DNA of 64,000 bases from Octopus vulgaris (taxonomy: Eukaryota): assembly GCA_951406725.2 (NCBI GenBank), contig OX597828.1, positions 63,116,001 to 63,180,000 on the forward strand, written 5' to 3'. The first letter of the stretch is position 1. Each line of letters opens with the position of its first letter. The notes beneath the pieces were generated by a model. The model did not search any database, was not told the DNA's origin, and worked only from the letters and a program-made list of their open reading frames with translations. A program made the translations under genes and the position numbers. Below are positions 44,905 through 58,249 of the stretch, in pieces.

Positions 44905-46190
44905 GTCTTTGAGTTAACCTAGCAAAAACCAAAGTCTTAGTAGGAAGGCAGACAAATCACAAATCCCTTCAGGTAGATGGCCCTGCTTGATCTATAGAAA
45001 AGGCATAGGTAGAAATTCCGTCATATGTACCTGGTATAAGCTTTGGGCACATAAGAAGTGCAGCAATATCAGAGGAAGGTTAACAGGGAAACTAGCTTCT
45101 GTGTGTGGAAGATGCACAGCTACAATAAACACCAAAATGTACATAAAATAGACTCCATCAACTGCCAGTCGCATAAGTAGATGTAGTAGATAGCTTCCAT
45201 CACCAAGTTAGTAGCAGAGGTGGATGCTCCGAGAGCGTAGCTGTGAGAATAAGAATAGGTTGGGTAAAGTTCAGAGAGCTCCTACTTCTGCTAGCAACAA
45301 AGGGCCTCTCCCTCAGAGTGAAAGGCAGATTGGATGATGCCTGTGTGCAAACAGCTATGCTACATGGCAGTGAAACATGGGTTGTGACAGCCAAGGACAT
45401 GTGTAGGTTTGAAAGAAATGAAGCCAGTAAGCTTCGCTGGATGTGTAATGTCAGAGTACATGTATGACAGAGTGTAAACATCTGAGAGAAATGCTGGGCA
45501 TAAGAGGCATCAGATGTGGTGTGCAAGAGAGGCGACTGTGCTGGTATGGTCATGTGATGCATATGGATGAGGACAGCTGTGTAAAGAAGTGCTGCTCTCT
45601 AATTGTGGAGGGAACCTGTGGTAGAGGATAGACTCAGGAAGACATGAGACGAGGTGGTGAAGCATGATCTTCAAACTTTGAACCTCATGGAGGTAATGAC
45701 TAATGCAATATGCTGTGATTGAGAAGGAGACCCACCCATCAAGCCAAGTGAAATCATAGTTGTGGCTGATGCTGGTGTTATGTAAGTGGCACTTGTGCTG
45801 GTGGCATGTTAAGAGCAACTTTTGAGCATTGGGCCTCACAGAGGCAAGGTGGCTGATGCCAGTGGCATGTGAAAAGCACCTTTCGAATGTTGGGTCTCAC
45901 AGAGGCTATAACAAATGACAGAGATCTTTGGCATTATGCCGTGCTTGAGAAGAAGACTCAAGTAAAATCGCAGTTGTGGCAGATATCGGTGTCACACAAA
46001 TGGCACCCATGCTGGTGGCACATGAAAGCACCTGTCACACTCTCAGAGTGGTTGGCATTGGGAAGGGCAGTCAGCAGTGGAAACCATGCCAAATCAAACT
46101 GGAGTCTGGTGCAGCCTTCCAGCTTGCCAAGCCTGGTCGAACTGTCCAACTCATGCCAGCATGGACAATGGATATTAAATGATGATGATA
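44905..46190 (+). mobile_element. 5'-truncated, decayed RTE LINE with PHD-like insert
   Basis: Reads RVNLAKTKV, a Cys/His cluster, RIRIGWVKFRELL, MLHGSETW and RRLCWYGHV, then a 3' UTR ending (GAT)n. Homologous to 60340-61370. Confidence 0.88.
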
Positions 46191-47343
46191 TATATAAGGC
46201 TTCTTTCAGTTTTCATCTATCAAATCCACTCACAAGGCTGTGGTCAGGCTGGGGAAAACCTCAATGTCATGTGATGGTTGTAAGCAAGCATCACCATTAT
46301 ACAGGTGATGTTGTTTGTTTCCAATCTCCTGTGAAAAATATCTCTAGCCAATAGAAATATTACGTTTGGCAATAAGTGAGGGTTGGTAACAAGAAAGGCA
46401 TTTGGTTATAAAATATCTGCCTCAACCAATGTCTGACCAATGCTAGCATGGAAAAGTGGATGTTAAAACTATCATATTGAAATCTCCCTTGATTTTGTTC
46501 ACACAGCTGAGAATTCTTGCAGTTTGCTTCCAGTTCCAACTCTGTTAAAAGAGAGTGTCAATAAGTCTGGTATACCGCAATAAGTTTTGAAGGGAAGACC
46601 ATCCAGTCTTGGGGACTTGACTCTTGCATAGTCTGTGAGAACCCCTGCTATTTCAGAAGCTAAAATTCAAATTTCTGAGCACATCTCTGAGATTTGAAGG
46701 CAGACTTTTACCACACAAACACTTCATGTGTTCGTATTAATGTGGCCATCAGTTTTTCACACTGTATAAGGTTCATTGTTTTTTTTTCTAAAAGTTGTCT
46801 GTACTGTTATAAACATTTTCCTATATAATCCCTGTATCTGTACTCATTTACTTTCCAGTGTTGTAGTCTCCCTTATTACTGACATAAAGAATTATTATTA
46901 TTATTATTATGATAATGTCACTGAGTTGAAAACTGTTGCCTGGGTTCATTTTGTTTAGTTTTTGTTTTTTCTTGCTGTGGCTTCTTTCCTATCGTTCTCT
47001 TCAGCTCTGTAAAACAAGATTCAGTGGATTTATACACAGCTTGGACAAAACAATCTTCCATAGGTCTTGTCAAGCAACTCATTACTATTTTGGTTGTCAG
47101 TGAAGTAAACAACACATGCATGCATGCAGGAGCACGTGCGCATGCATGCACACACACACACATACACATTCTCTTTCATCTTTGGAGTTTGATATTTCTT
47201 ACAAGGCCTTCATATGATTTTCATGTTGAGCTATTTCTGCTTGACTACACTGCTTCTTTTCAAAGCTCATCATATTGCCTGCAGATATATATTTACATAT
47301 ATATATATATATATATTGTATGTGTGTATATGTATATATTGTA

Positions 47344-47379
<36 letters not shown>

Positions 47380-48176
47380 CATACACACACACACACACAT
47401 GTTTATCTCAATGCAATACATACATTGTATGTATGTGTATATATATATGTGTGTGTGTGTGTGTATTCATGTACATATATCTCAACGCAAAATATTCATT
47501 AGTAGATTGTTCAGAAATGTATTATTTTTAGTTTCCATCCCAATGCTGTGGCCATGCTCAGACTCTTGAAAGTGAATTTGGTTTGTTATTCAACAAAGGA
47601 ACAAATGGTTTGTATATTTGAAGGAATGCATTTACAGATTTTCTTTTATCAAAAAAAACATGGCTTTATTTCTTTTACAATGAAGGAAGAGGGGAAAACA
47701 TGGGGAAAACATATACACACACTTTTATGTATGTGGTTGTATACTCTTTTACTGGTTCCATCCAGCCAGCCATTATTTTCATGTTATGCATTGAGAGCAG
47801 AATTGATTATAATATCCGTTTGTTATTATTACATCCTTACCACCTTTCAAAGTGTGTTTGAAAGCGCGAGGGAGAGTGTGGGCACCTTTGACAAATAGGA
47901 ATTTGTATAGAGGTGGTATAGCCTACTAGGTAAAGAGTTCCACTACAAACTCTTTGGTCACGAGTTCATATCTGTCTCTTCAGGTGTTTACCTCTGGATT
48001 GAGCCATTTGATTTCCTCATTCATCATAGGTGTGGCTGGGAAATTTGCTTCCCAACCACATGGTTCTGTGTTTAATCTTATTGCATGGCACCTTGGGCAA
48101 GTTCTTCTATAACCTCAGGCCGACCAAAGCCTTACGTGTGGCAGATGGAAACTGAAAGTTCTCTCTCTCTCTTTCA

Positions 48177-48246
<70 letters not shown>

Positions 48247-51017
48247 TTCTTTACAGTGACTTTGAATTTGCGAATAATAAATATGTACTTTTACAAAAAG
48301 TATTGGGTAATCTGTCAGTGGAATGTAAAAATTCTTTTTATTATAACTTGATATAAAGACAAACATTATAAGTTTGTCCCCTTGGCTTGGCATTGTGTGA
48401 TTGTTGTAAATAAATGTCATATGATATTTCCAATATTTTGTGAAGAACATGTCTGGCCATGGGGAAATATCTTGCTTAGAAACAGGTAAGGGTTGGTGAC
48501 AGGAAAGGCCATATAGAATATGCTGTGGTCAGCTCCATCTGACCCATGCAAGCTTGGAAAAGTGGACATTCAACTGTTGTTGTTGATGATAATTGTGATC
48601 AGTTAAACTAACTGATGGAAAGTTGCTACCAAATCAGTGAATGTTGGTACTCTGTTCATTTGGAGATACATTTCTTATCTGTTGAATGCAATGACACCAG
48701 AGCTAAACACTTCATCACTGTATGGCTTTTGATGACACCAATGCAGTGCATGAAAATAATGGTACTGGCTGTATATCTAAAACAGTTAAATTTGGTCAGT
48801 TCTATCACAGGTGAAGGAAAATATGTTGTTAATCCTGTTGGTTGGGGTGGGGTGTTAAGGTACTGAACTATTTATTAATGGGAATCTTGAGACACAAATT
48901 TAGATTCAAGTTATGGTACAGGACTCCACAACAAGGCAGATAATAAATAGGTTCCATTCTTACTTTGTTCAGGGATTCAATACTTAAGATAACAATGGAC
49001 ATGTCTTTTATATTTGTTGTAAATATTTGTATTGCCAGTATCACTGATCTTGCAAAATGATTGTTTCCAAATGTCGTATTCCATTAGCAAATGTCAATAG
49101 ATAAAATATAAAAAAAGAAAGAAAACAAATGGTCGATGGGGATTCTTCCTCAAGCAAGCAAGCAAATTGACATCAAAATTATTATTGTATAGCTAATACC
49201 ATCTCCGTAATTGGACAGAAACCACACATGACAAGAGCAGAAACATCAAAGGGAGACAAATGCTTCTAGTTTTGTTTACATGTGATATGGTAATTGGTTA
49301 TGGACAGTGAATACTGCAACAATAAAGGATAATCATGGTTAAGAATAAATAAAAGGTGTGCTGTGAGTAATAATTAAAATTGTCTTTTAGTTTCAAGGTC
49401 AACCATTTTGAGAAGAGGGGCAAGTCGATTACATTACCCTAAGTAGTTGATGGGTACTTCATTTTATTGACGTTGAAAAGACGAAAGGGCAGAGTTAATC
49501 TTGGTGGGATTTGAATTCAAAACTTTAAAATTCAGAAGAAATGCCACGAAGTATTTTGTCTGACATAACTAACAATTCTGCCAGGTTGCCACCTTAATGA
49601 TAATAATTATGTCTAATATAGGCACTAAAGCTTGAACTTTAAGGAAAGGCTTTGTGTTGATCTCATCAACCCTGGTACTTGACTAGCACTTTATCAACCA
49701 TAACCTGCAAGTATCAGGTAATACATTGTCATATCATCATTTAATGTCCTTTTTTGATGCTGACACAGGTTGGACAATTTGGCATGAACTGACGAACCAC
49801 TGGTCTGAGATGAGCTTTAGTGTCTGCTTTGGTGTGTTTTTTTCTAATGCTAACCACTTGACAGAGTATAATGGGTGCCTTTTCATGGCCTTAGCACTGG
49901 TGAAGTCACCAAGTCCCTGCAAGACAAGCCCTTTCTATTGAGTGGGGTATAGTATTGAAAGATGTGAAAGCAGTGTAGAGAGACAAGAGCAAGTGTCTGG
50001 CTGAGGGTGAATACATGGGCTCCTCATTTGGAAAGAGAGAGAGAGAGAGAAATGTGAGGTCAAAGTACAAGGTGAATAGGAAAGAGAGAATAAGATAGAG
50101 GAGCTGAGAATGTGGGTGGGTAAGTGCGCTAGAGTGTAACTAGTGTGACAAGTGATTAGAGATGAGAATTGAAGAGGATACAGTGTATATTCATGTTTAG
50201 TGATTGATACTTCTTCATACAACTGTCCTCAGCCATCCACATCACATGACCAAACCAGAGCCCAATACAATATAATACATATATAATGATACATTTATTA
50301 TTATTATTATTTGCAACAGATAAGTTCTAAGTCTAATTAAACTGTAACTGGCATTAATTACAATGGAGTACAAACAACTGATGGTAAAGAATAGTATCAA
50401 TGTGCTTCTGTTGGATATAGGACTCCCTGTCACCCTCTACATGGAGGGTCAATTGTGAATTGGTTTCTTTTGATTTTTAATTCTTCTCTCTCTTTCTCAA
50501 TCTGTCAACACCACTGATAATAATGTTAGTAATTTTTTTCAACTAAGCACAAAATTAGTTTTGCTGAAGTGAGTTTGATGTAATAATTATCATATCTTAT
50601 TTTATGGCAACCATGGCAACTAGTTACTTAACATTTTATGAAGCTAGAGGATGAAAATTCACTTAAGCTTAGAGTTGAATTTAGAACTTGAAATCTCAAA
50701 CTAGCATCAGTGAAACGTCTATTTTGGCTTTTCAGTTTTTTTGCCAACTCCACTTGAATAGATAACGATAATATCTTACTGCATTGGTACATGGCCACAC
50801 ACATTGTAGGGAAAGGCTATCATTGACACTGAAGTGACACCAGTGTGTGATTGGTGCACATTTTATAATCAGGAAGAGATGAAGTGGAATTTGTATTCAT
50901 ATGGTACTATATATATATATATAGTAAATGTTTTATCTTTTTGATAAACTAAAACAATATGAATTATGAGAGAGATAAGTCAATGGTTTGTAGTACTTTT
51001 ATTACTTTTATCTTATA

Positions 51018-51055
51018 TTTCTATATTTCGGGATTAAGGCCTCCTCTTCAGGAAA
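51018..51055 (-). ncRNA. Minimal (Penelope-type) hammerhead ribozyme motif
   Basis: The minus strand reads TTTC-CTGAAGA-GGAGGCCTTAATCCC-GAA-ATAT-A-GAAA: 4-bp stem I, intact core boxes, and palindromic ATAT in place of stem III. AATAAA lies about 15 nt downstream. Confidence 0.55.
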
Positions 51056-52175
51056 AGGAAATGGGAGATTTGGTGTTGCAAGCTAACTTTTCTGCTTTGT
51101 TGTGTGTGTATGGAGGGAGGAGTGCTTTGCATGTGTAGAATTGCATGACTATAGTAACAAATCAGCCTCATACAACTTAGTTCTGTTATTGACATGAGGT
51201 TCAGTGTTGCTAATGATAATGGCTTCTTTTATTCTCAAATCCCAATGTTTCATTCCGAGAGACAGAGAACTAGATATTTAGTCTGTCACCCAACCATTTC
51301 TATCTCTTTACTGCTTTTGTAGAGATGAGGATGATGAAAATGATCAAGAGCTGTTAAAAGACATAAACAAAAAAAACTCCAGCTGCTTGTGAAGTTTGGT
51401 TGCTGTGAAAGTTCCTGCACAAGAACATGTTAGTTACTAGTCATGCAGTACACAAGATAGTGCAGAGAGACTCGATAAGCACTACTTCTGTGACCTTAGG
51501 CTTGAGAATGTAATATATATCATCATCATCATCACTTAACACATGTTTTCCATGCTGGTATGGGTTAGACAATTTGATGAGCAAGTGGCAAACTGCAGGG
51601 CTGTGTTGAGTTCCTCTGTGTGTGTGTGTGTGTGTGTATGAATGATCAGTATAGGTTGATTAAGGCAATGATTCAACACCCATCAAAGATGATCAAGTTC
51701 TCATTCTGTCACTCTAATTATCAGGTTATTTGTAACACTAGGAAATTGGTCTGCTAATTAGTTTACCATTTCATTAGCAGGGTGTAGAAAATACTTCCTG
51801 AAACATGGCCTTACTGACTTGTGGTCATAAATTTCTGCTTTCTGATTCTTCCAGGTACAAAATAGGAGCGGAAAAAGATCTTTTATTCTGTCTTCTAATG
51901 GGTATCATTAATTTAATTAAGGTTAACGGATGGTAGAAGTAATAGATGGGTCAAATCTTCCTTTACCTTCTCACTTCAATTACTGCTGAACTTGACTTCC
52001 ATCCTTCCAAAGTTAATAAAATAACTGTACTACCAATAAACTGTGGCGAATTAAATGGACTCTACTCTTCTGTCCATTTCATATCAAAGGAAATTGTTGT
52101 TTTTGTCTGTCTATTTTGTCTGACTTCTTCACCACTTGATTATTTTAGATTTTTTTTTAAGATAGTAGGATGTGA

Positions 52176-52400
52176 TTAACCCTTTTATTACTGTATTTTT
52201 GTTAAAATACACTAGCTTATGTTTCAGTTAATTTTGAAAATAATGGAGAGTTTAATAAAATAACTTTACCATTATTAAAATGGTGTTTGAAACATAAATT
52301 AGCATACAATTTTACAGCAAAAGTTTTAAGTTAGATAAACAGAAAGTTTGTGTTATAGAACCTGGAGCAGACTCAGGTGGGTTGGTATTAAAAGGGTTAA
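52176..52400. mobile_element. piggyBac-type MITE
   Basis: TTAA|CCCTTTTATTAC ... GTATTAAAAGGG|TTAA. The left part resembles 14813-14900. Confidence 0.85.
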
Positions 52401-54396
52401 CGGAAATCTTAACGATTTCTCATGAGTCGGGTAACTGTATAGCACAATATCCCAACCTTTACTGCCTCGAGGTACCCTTGCCAAGCCTTTCAGAAATCCA
52501 CAGCACCCCTATTAGAAAACCTAACAGACAGTTGTTTTTTGATTCAACATCAATATAACAAACTTTGTCCCTGGATAATAACATCTGTGTAAGCAAACTG
52601 TGTCCCTGGAGTTGATAATAAAAGATTTTCTTTATTTCCTCAATGTTGATATAATAAACATAAAATAGATGACAATACAAAAATGTAATAGACATCAATA
52701 AAAAATATAAGATGACAATTATGTTTATAGTTAAAATAGTATCAAAGTATATTTTTTTACTCTAAGCAATCAATCATGGTAGCACATACGTATGTACATT
52801 TTGTGGGACCCCTCGGTTGATCTCACAGCACCTCAGGGTGCCATGGAACACTGGTTGGGAATCTGTGGTGTATAGGGTCCATGTATTGTATAAGATACAG
52901 TGTGACAGATATGTTAGACTACCTCCACTGGGTGTGATACTCCAGAAAAGACGATTGGATGGCCATGCATTGGATACTGGTTGATCAGTCCACATTACTC
53001 TGTAAGGCGCACAGAGCCAGTTTACTGGTTTCTCTGGATGGGATGCCGGTCTGTTGCAGAATCACTCATTTTTACAAGCTGAGTGTATTCGAGCAACATG
53101 AAATGAAGTGCTTTGCTCCAGAACACAACGCATCACCAGGTCCAAGAATTGAAACTGCAATCTTACGATCATGAGTCCAACACCCTAACCACTAAGCCAT
53201 GTTAAGCAATAAAGATTTTAAAAAAACTGGTTAAACAATAAAAATTCAGTACAGGAACGGAGGAGAAAGAGTTCTGCCGTGAATTATTAAAGGAAGGTAA
53301 ATCATGTGTAAATAGATAAGAGGAAGTGACTGGCAAAAAATGAAACTTAAGTGAAGGGTTAGCTTCCGCATGGTTTTAGTGCCAACAAATTGGCCTGCTG
53401 GACATAAAAGTGTAAAATGATTGTTAAAAATAAATGATCACACTCTGTAGAAAGAGTGTGAAAAGACTGTGTGACACATCAATAAGTGACATACTAGACA
53501 GACATTAAAGCAAGGCTTGTTATACCTGGAGAACATTGTTTTAGAAAGTCTCTAGTTCTCTAACGACAGACAGCTTTTTTCCCAGCAACATGCCAACTGT
53601 AATTAATGACTGCTGGGAACGAGCTTCTAATTACAAAAATTAATACCCATTAATACACTGCTACTACTACTACTATATAATCTAAATGAATAAAAAACCT
53701 ATTCTGTCCTTTTACATTGAAGCTGTTTTTGTTTTGATAGTGGATCAACTCCCCCCACCAGCCTCACACCAGTTTCTTCTTCCTGTGTCTTTTTTTCTTC
53801 TCCTGCAGGCATTTTACATGAGCATCAGCTTTTCCATTCTTCTCAACAAAAATGCTGGTTAAAGTCATGGTCACTTCTGCCTCTGCAGGCATTTTCCATA
53901 TTGGCTGGGGTGAAATGTATGCGTGTGTGGCTATATATATAAAACTGAGGATGTGTGTGTGTGTGTGTGTGTTTGAACCCACATAAATTCTGAAGTTCAC
54001 AACTGATTTTCTCTAAACTGGGGTACGTACGACTGCCCATATAGTTCATGTATTGCTTCTGTTCAAACTGGAAAAAACACTTACTGAAGTTATATAAGTA
54101 GGTTGTATTAAATAGATGAACCAATGTAGACTTCAGACTGCATTGTCTAAGTGGTTGCAATAATAGCCTGTCCCTGTAGCACCACAGGTAGCAATTAACC
54201 GTTTGGAATGCACTATGTTTATTATGAAAAATATGCTAAAGTATGTTAAGTCCTGAGCAACTGTTCAACTATTTTTTTAGCTTCAGTATCAAAGTCTCCC
54301 TTCTAAGCATAGACAAAGCCCATACAAATATTCTTCAGCTTTTGATTACAATCTGAAATATCGCATTGTACATTAACCTACTAATTTGTCTAGGAC

Positions 54397-54710
54397 CCAA
54401 CCATGTTAGTTAGACATCATGTCCTTAATGTGAACTTGCGTGCTTGGATGCTGCATCCAGAATTGTTTTTGCTTGGGAGCTGAGTTATCTTCCCAATGGC
54501 TGCACACTGTTTATGTGGAGGAGTGTGCATTTGAGCCACAACTATTGATTCCCAGCCATGTTTGTTAGAGACCGTGTCCTTAATGTGACCTTGTGTACCC
54601 CAACGCTGCACACACAGTTGTTTCCATTTGGGAACTGAGTTGTCTTCACAATGGTCCCACGTTGTTTACGCAAAGGAATGCATGGTTAAGCCACAACTAT
54701 TGATTCCAAA
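54397..54710. repeat. Diverged tandem duplication, 2 x ~154 bp
   Basis: TGTCCTTAATGTGA.CTTG, TTGGGA.CTGAGTT.TCTTC.CAATGG and AGCCACAACTATTGATTCC each occur twice. Confidence 0.85.
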
Positions 54711-57199
54711 CTGAAATATCACATGACAGTGTTGTTTTCCTCGCCAATCCCCACCCCTTTACCACATCAATTTCTTTCATGTGGTTCTTTTGAGCACACC
54801 CACAGGCTTAATATATCATATACATGTAGTTCCCATGTCTGCTGATTGTTTAGCGTGGTAGCAGCAGCGATGACTGCTGCAAAGGGGAGTATATCCACTG
54901 AGAGCTTTTTGGTGTGTTCAAAAATCACATACCCCACCCACTTTTCCATGACAAGGTTAGGTTTTGAAATCTTCCAAACAGATGCTTGATATGTCACTTA
55001 GTTGAATTAGCCCTTCATTTTTTACTCTACAAATGTCTTGTCGTCAATGCTGCACTTCCCTGTATCACGTGTTGCAACTTAACTGTACCATTTATACAGT
55101 CCATGCCATTTAAATCTCTGGGTATCTCTGCTATTTTATCTATAAATATTCTTAAAATTATTACTGTATTTGGTGGAATAAAAGGCACACAGGTATATTA
55201 GTCACACCCCAATTTTAGCAGTGCCTATTCAGGAAAGAAAAAGCTTTTAGCGCAGAAGGTCCAACTTCACATATGACCTGGGCTTATTTTTTTTGAAAAA
55301 GTACATCTTATGCTATCAAATAGGGTAAGTATTATGGTGTGTTTAGCTATAACTTCATATTTTGTTTGGTTCAGTATCTCACAGGTAACTGTGTTTGTAC
55401 TCTAGAGTTTCATCAGAGGACACAATCATAAATTAAAGTATTATTGCCAGGAGGAATATGGCTGGAAGAGAATTCAAAGACGATTTTTATGATGTGACAA
55501 TGCTGGGAAATATTGTTTGTTTGTGCTTTTAGCTTTATTTTAGTTTTGTTTAAATATTGTCATGAGAGTTGAGTAGGTGGGGTGGAAATACTTAGAAAAA
55601 CTGTCTCTTTCTGTGTGTGTGTCTCTCTCTCTTCTCACTTTCTCTTACTTCCTTTGTCTCTTCCCCCCCCCCCCCTCTCAAAAATGTGTCATGGAAATCC
55701 AAAGCAAAAATCTTTCTTAAATCATTGTTTTAATGCCCATTTTCCATTCATGCATGGATCAGACAGAATTTGTTGAAGCATATTTTCTGTGGCTGGATGC
55801 CTTTCCTGTTGCCAAGCCTCATTTTAAAAGCAAAGTGATATGGGTGAACATATTTTCAAAGAAGAATAGAAACAAACTACACTGTATGACGGTGATGCTT
55901 GTTTACAACTATCATATGATATCAAAATAAGAGTACACACACACACACACACACACATGGTGAATTTCTTTCAATTCCTGTCTCCCAACTATATTCGCCA
56001 GGCTTTAGTTGGCATGGGGCTATAGTGGAAGATAGTCAGCCATGGTGCTATGCAGTGGGACTGAACCTGAAACCACATGGTTTGGCAGCAAAATTTTTAG
56101 CCACACTTCCACGTCTGCACCCATTGGTGTGTATAAATAGTCTGAAGGTTAGATTCTAAAAGAATCTGTGTGAAACACTTTGTAATTTCATCTTCCTCCT
56201 CTTCACTCATTCAGCACTAAAATTACAAATTGCTTTTTCTTTCTTTATTTGTGTCTTTAATTTTGTCTATTCCTATTCACATTTTTTTCCTTCTTTGTTT
56301 TGCTTTTTCTTTCTTCCTTCTATCCTCACTCCTTCTCTTATTCATATACTCTTTCTTTTACTCACCCCTCTCTCCCCTCGTCTTACTCCTTTCTTTTTTC
56401 TGTAGTTTCTGTGTATATATTTGCTGCCCTACCCACATCCAGTTTCTGCTGAGTGTTTATGTGTAACACTCAACAATTGAACCTACCATCCACCCACCCC
56501 TGCATACCTACATCCTACTTTAAGCTACATAAATTACACTGCCACCTTCCTCCTATGTTTTTCGTTAACAAAACTGTATTGATTGATTGGTTACAGATAA
56601 CGAGCCATTTCCTGTTCTCTTCTAAGCTACATTCCACCTATGTTCCTCATCAGGTCCCATTCTTCACTCCATTTAACCTTTGTAATAACCGAAATGAACA
56701 GTACCCAAGATCATGTAAGACCAGTTTAAGCAAAGGTTTTATTAATATGGCTTCACTTGATATTGTAAATGAACTAAAATATAGAACTAAAATATGCATC
56801 CTACACAAGTTGGTGTATAATCTTCATCATGTGTCATGCTTACAGGCACTGGCAATCATGGATCCTTAACCTTCTCCTCTGCGACACTTAGTACATCATT
56901 GGGTCTGATAATATTGGATCATTCTTGTAACCAGCTGGTAAGGCCATCGAGTATCTTCTCTCTCTTTCTCTCTCGCCAGCTAGTTCTTACTTTCACTTTT
57001 CCCAGCATGTATTACTGATAGAGAAATATGGTGGAGTGGCTGTGAAATTAAAAGCAACAGTTGGGATTTTCGTAGATTAGGAAGATTTGAAAAGAAAGAA
57101 TTTCTTTTTGTGTGCATCTGTGTCTTGGGTTGGAGTTTAGTGTAGGTTTCCATTTGTAAAAGTGAATGGATTTATGAAAGATGCTAAATGTTGTCAATA

Positions 57200-57610
57200 T
57201 AGGAACAGGAGTGGCTGTGTGGTAAGTAGCTTGCTTACCAAGCACATGGTCCTGGGCTCAGTCCTACTGTGTGTCATCTTGGGCAAGTGTCTTCTACTAT
57301 AGCCTTGGGCTGACCAAAGCCTTGTGAGTGGATTTGGTAGACGGAAACTGAAAGAAGCCCGTCGTATATATATATATATATATATATAATTAAGTGTGTG
57401 TGTGTGTACATATGTTTGTGCGTCTGTGTTTGTCCCCCAGCCATCACTTGACAACCGATGTTGGTGTATTTACGTCCCCCATAACTTAGTGGTTCAGCAA
57501 AAAGAGACTGATAGAATAAGTACTAGGCTTCTGTAGAAATAAGTCTTGGGGTTGATTTGTTTGGCTAAAGGTGGTGCTTCAGCATAGCCGCAGTCAAATG
57601 ACTAAAATAT
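57200..57610 (+). mobile_element. Full-length CORE-type tRNA SINE
   Basis: Head GGAGTGGCTGTGTGGTAAGTAGCTTGC, CORE-like TTGGGCAAGTGTCTT, internal TA/TG tract, and tail GGTGGTGCTTCAGCATAGCCGCAGTCAAATGACT followed by TA. Confidence 0.85.
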
Positions 57611-58249
57611 ATATATACTGTAAACTACGAACACAAAAGATGATGCATCACAGATAAGCATTCCTTTAAATTCAACCCGTTTAACTACCATGTATTTCTG
57701 CGCGATTGATTAACCTTTATTAGTTTATCTCTCTTCTGTTTTACTCAGGTTAAATATATAACTCTATAGTTCCTTCTTACTTATCGATGTCTAAGATAAA
57801 TTTAACTCGTGTATTTCCCCTAAATTTGCAACACTCATGAAAGTCCATCACACAGACATTTAGTCTCCAATTTTGTCTTAGACTGGCTCTCAGATTCTTC
57901 AATTCTATCTACTATTACCAACATTTGCTGTCCCGTTAAATTAACTATCTCTCTCTCTCTCAATTATGTTTCTTAATACCTACAACGAAAAAATACCTTC
58001 CCCAAGAGATGCGCCCCTTCATGGTTGCTAGTTTTCGCAGTGCTCCCGCCCTCCCACCCCTCCACCTGTAGCGGAAGTCCCAATTTTGTCATCCTTGGTT
58101 GTCTCATGAACACTTCTAAAGGCTTCTGCCACCCCCACCTCCTGCTATATAAGGTAGTGATCATACAGTGGCAAAATATGATAGTGTAGTGTACGCGGTT
58201 TGAACTTAAGTCTATTGTTGTTTGCCTATGAATCCTGCCAAATGTGAGC

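Noticed and set aside
47024-47569. 181-aa ORF
   Set aside because: It spans TA/TG/CA microsatellites and shows no coding signature.
51308-51392. Acceptor followed by acidic peptide DEDDENDQELLKDINKK
   Set aside because: Short, ends in a stop, low complexity, and no recognisable homology.
53764-54000. 78-aa minus-strand ORF ending KKKRHRKKKLV (NLS-like)
   Set aside because: The basic tail derives from a pyrimidine tract, the ORF includes a (CA)n repeat, and it has no domain.
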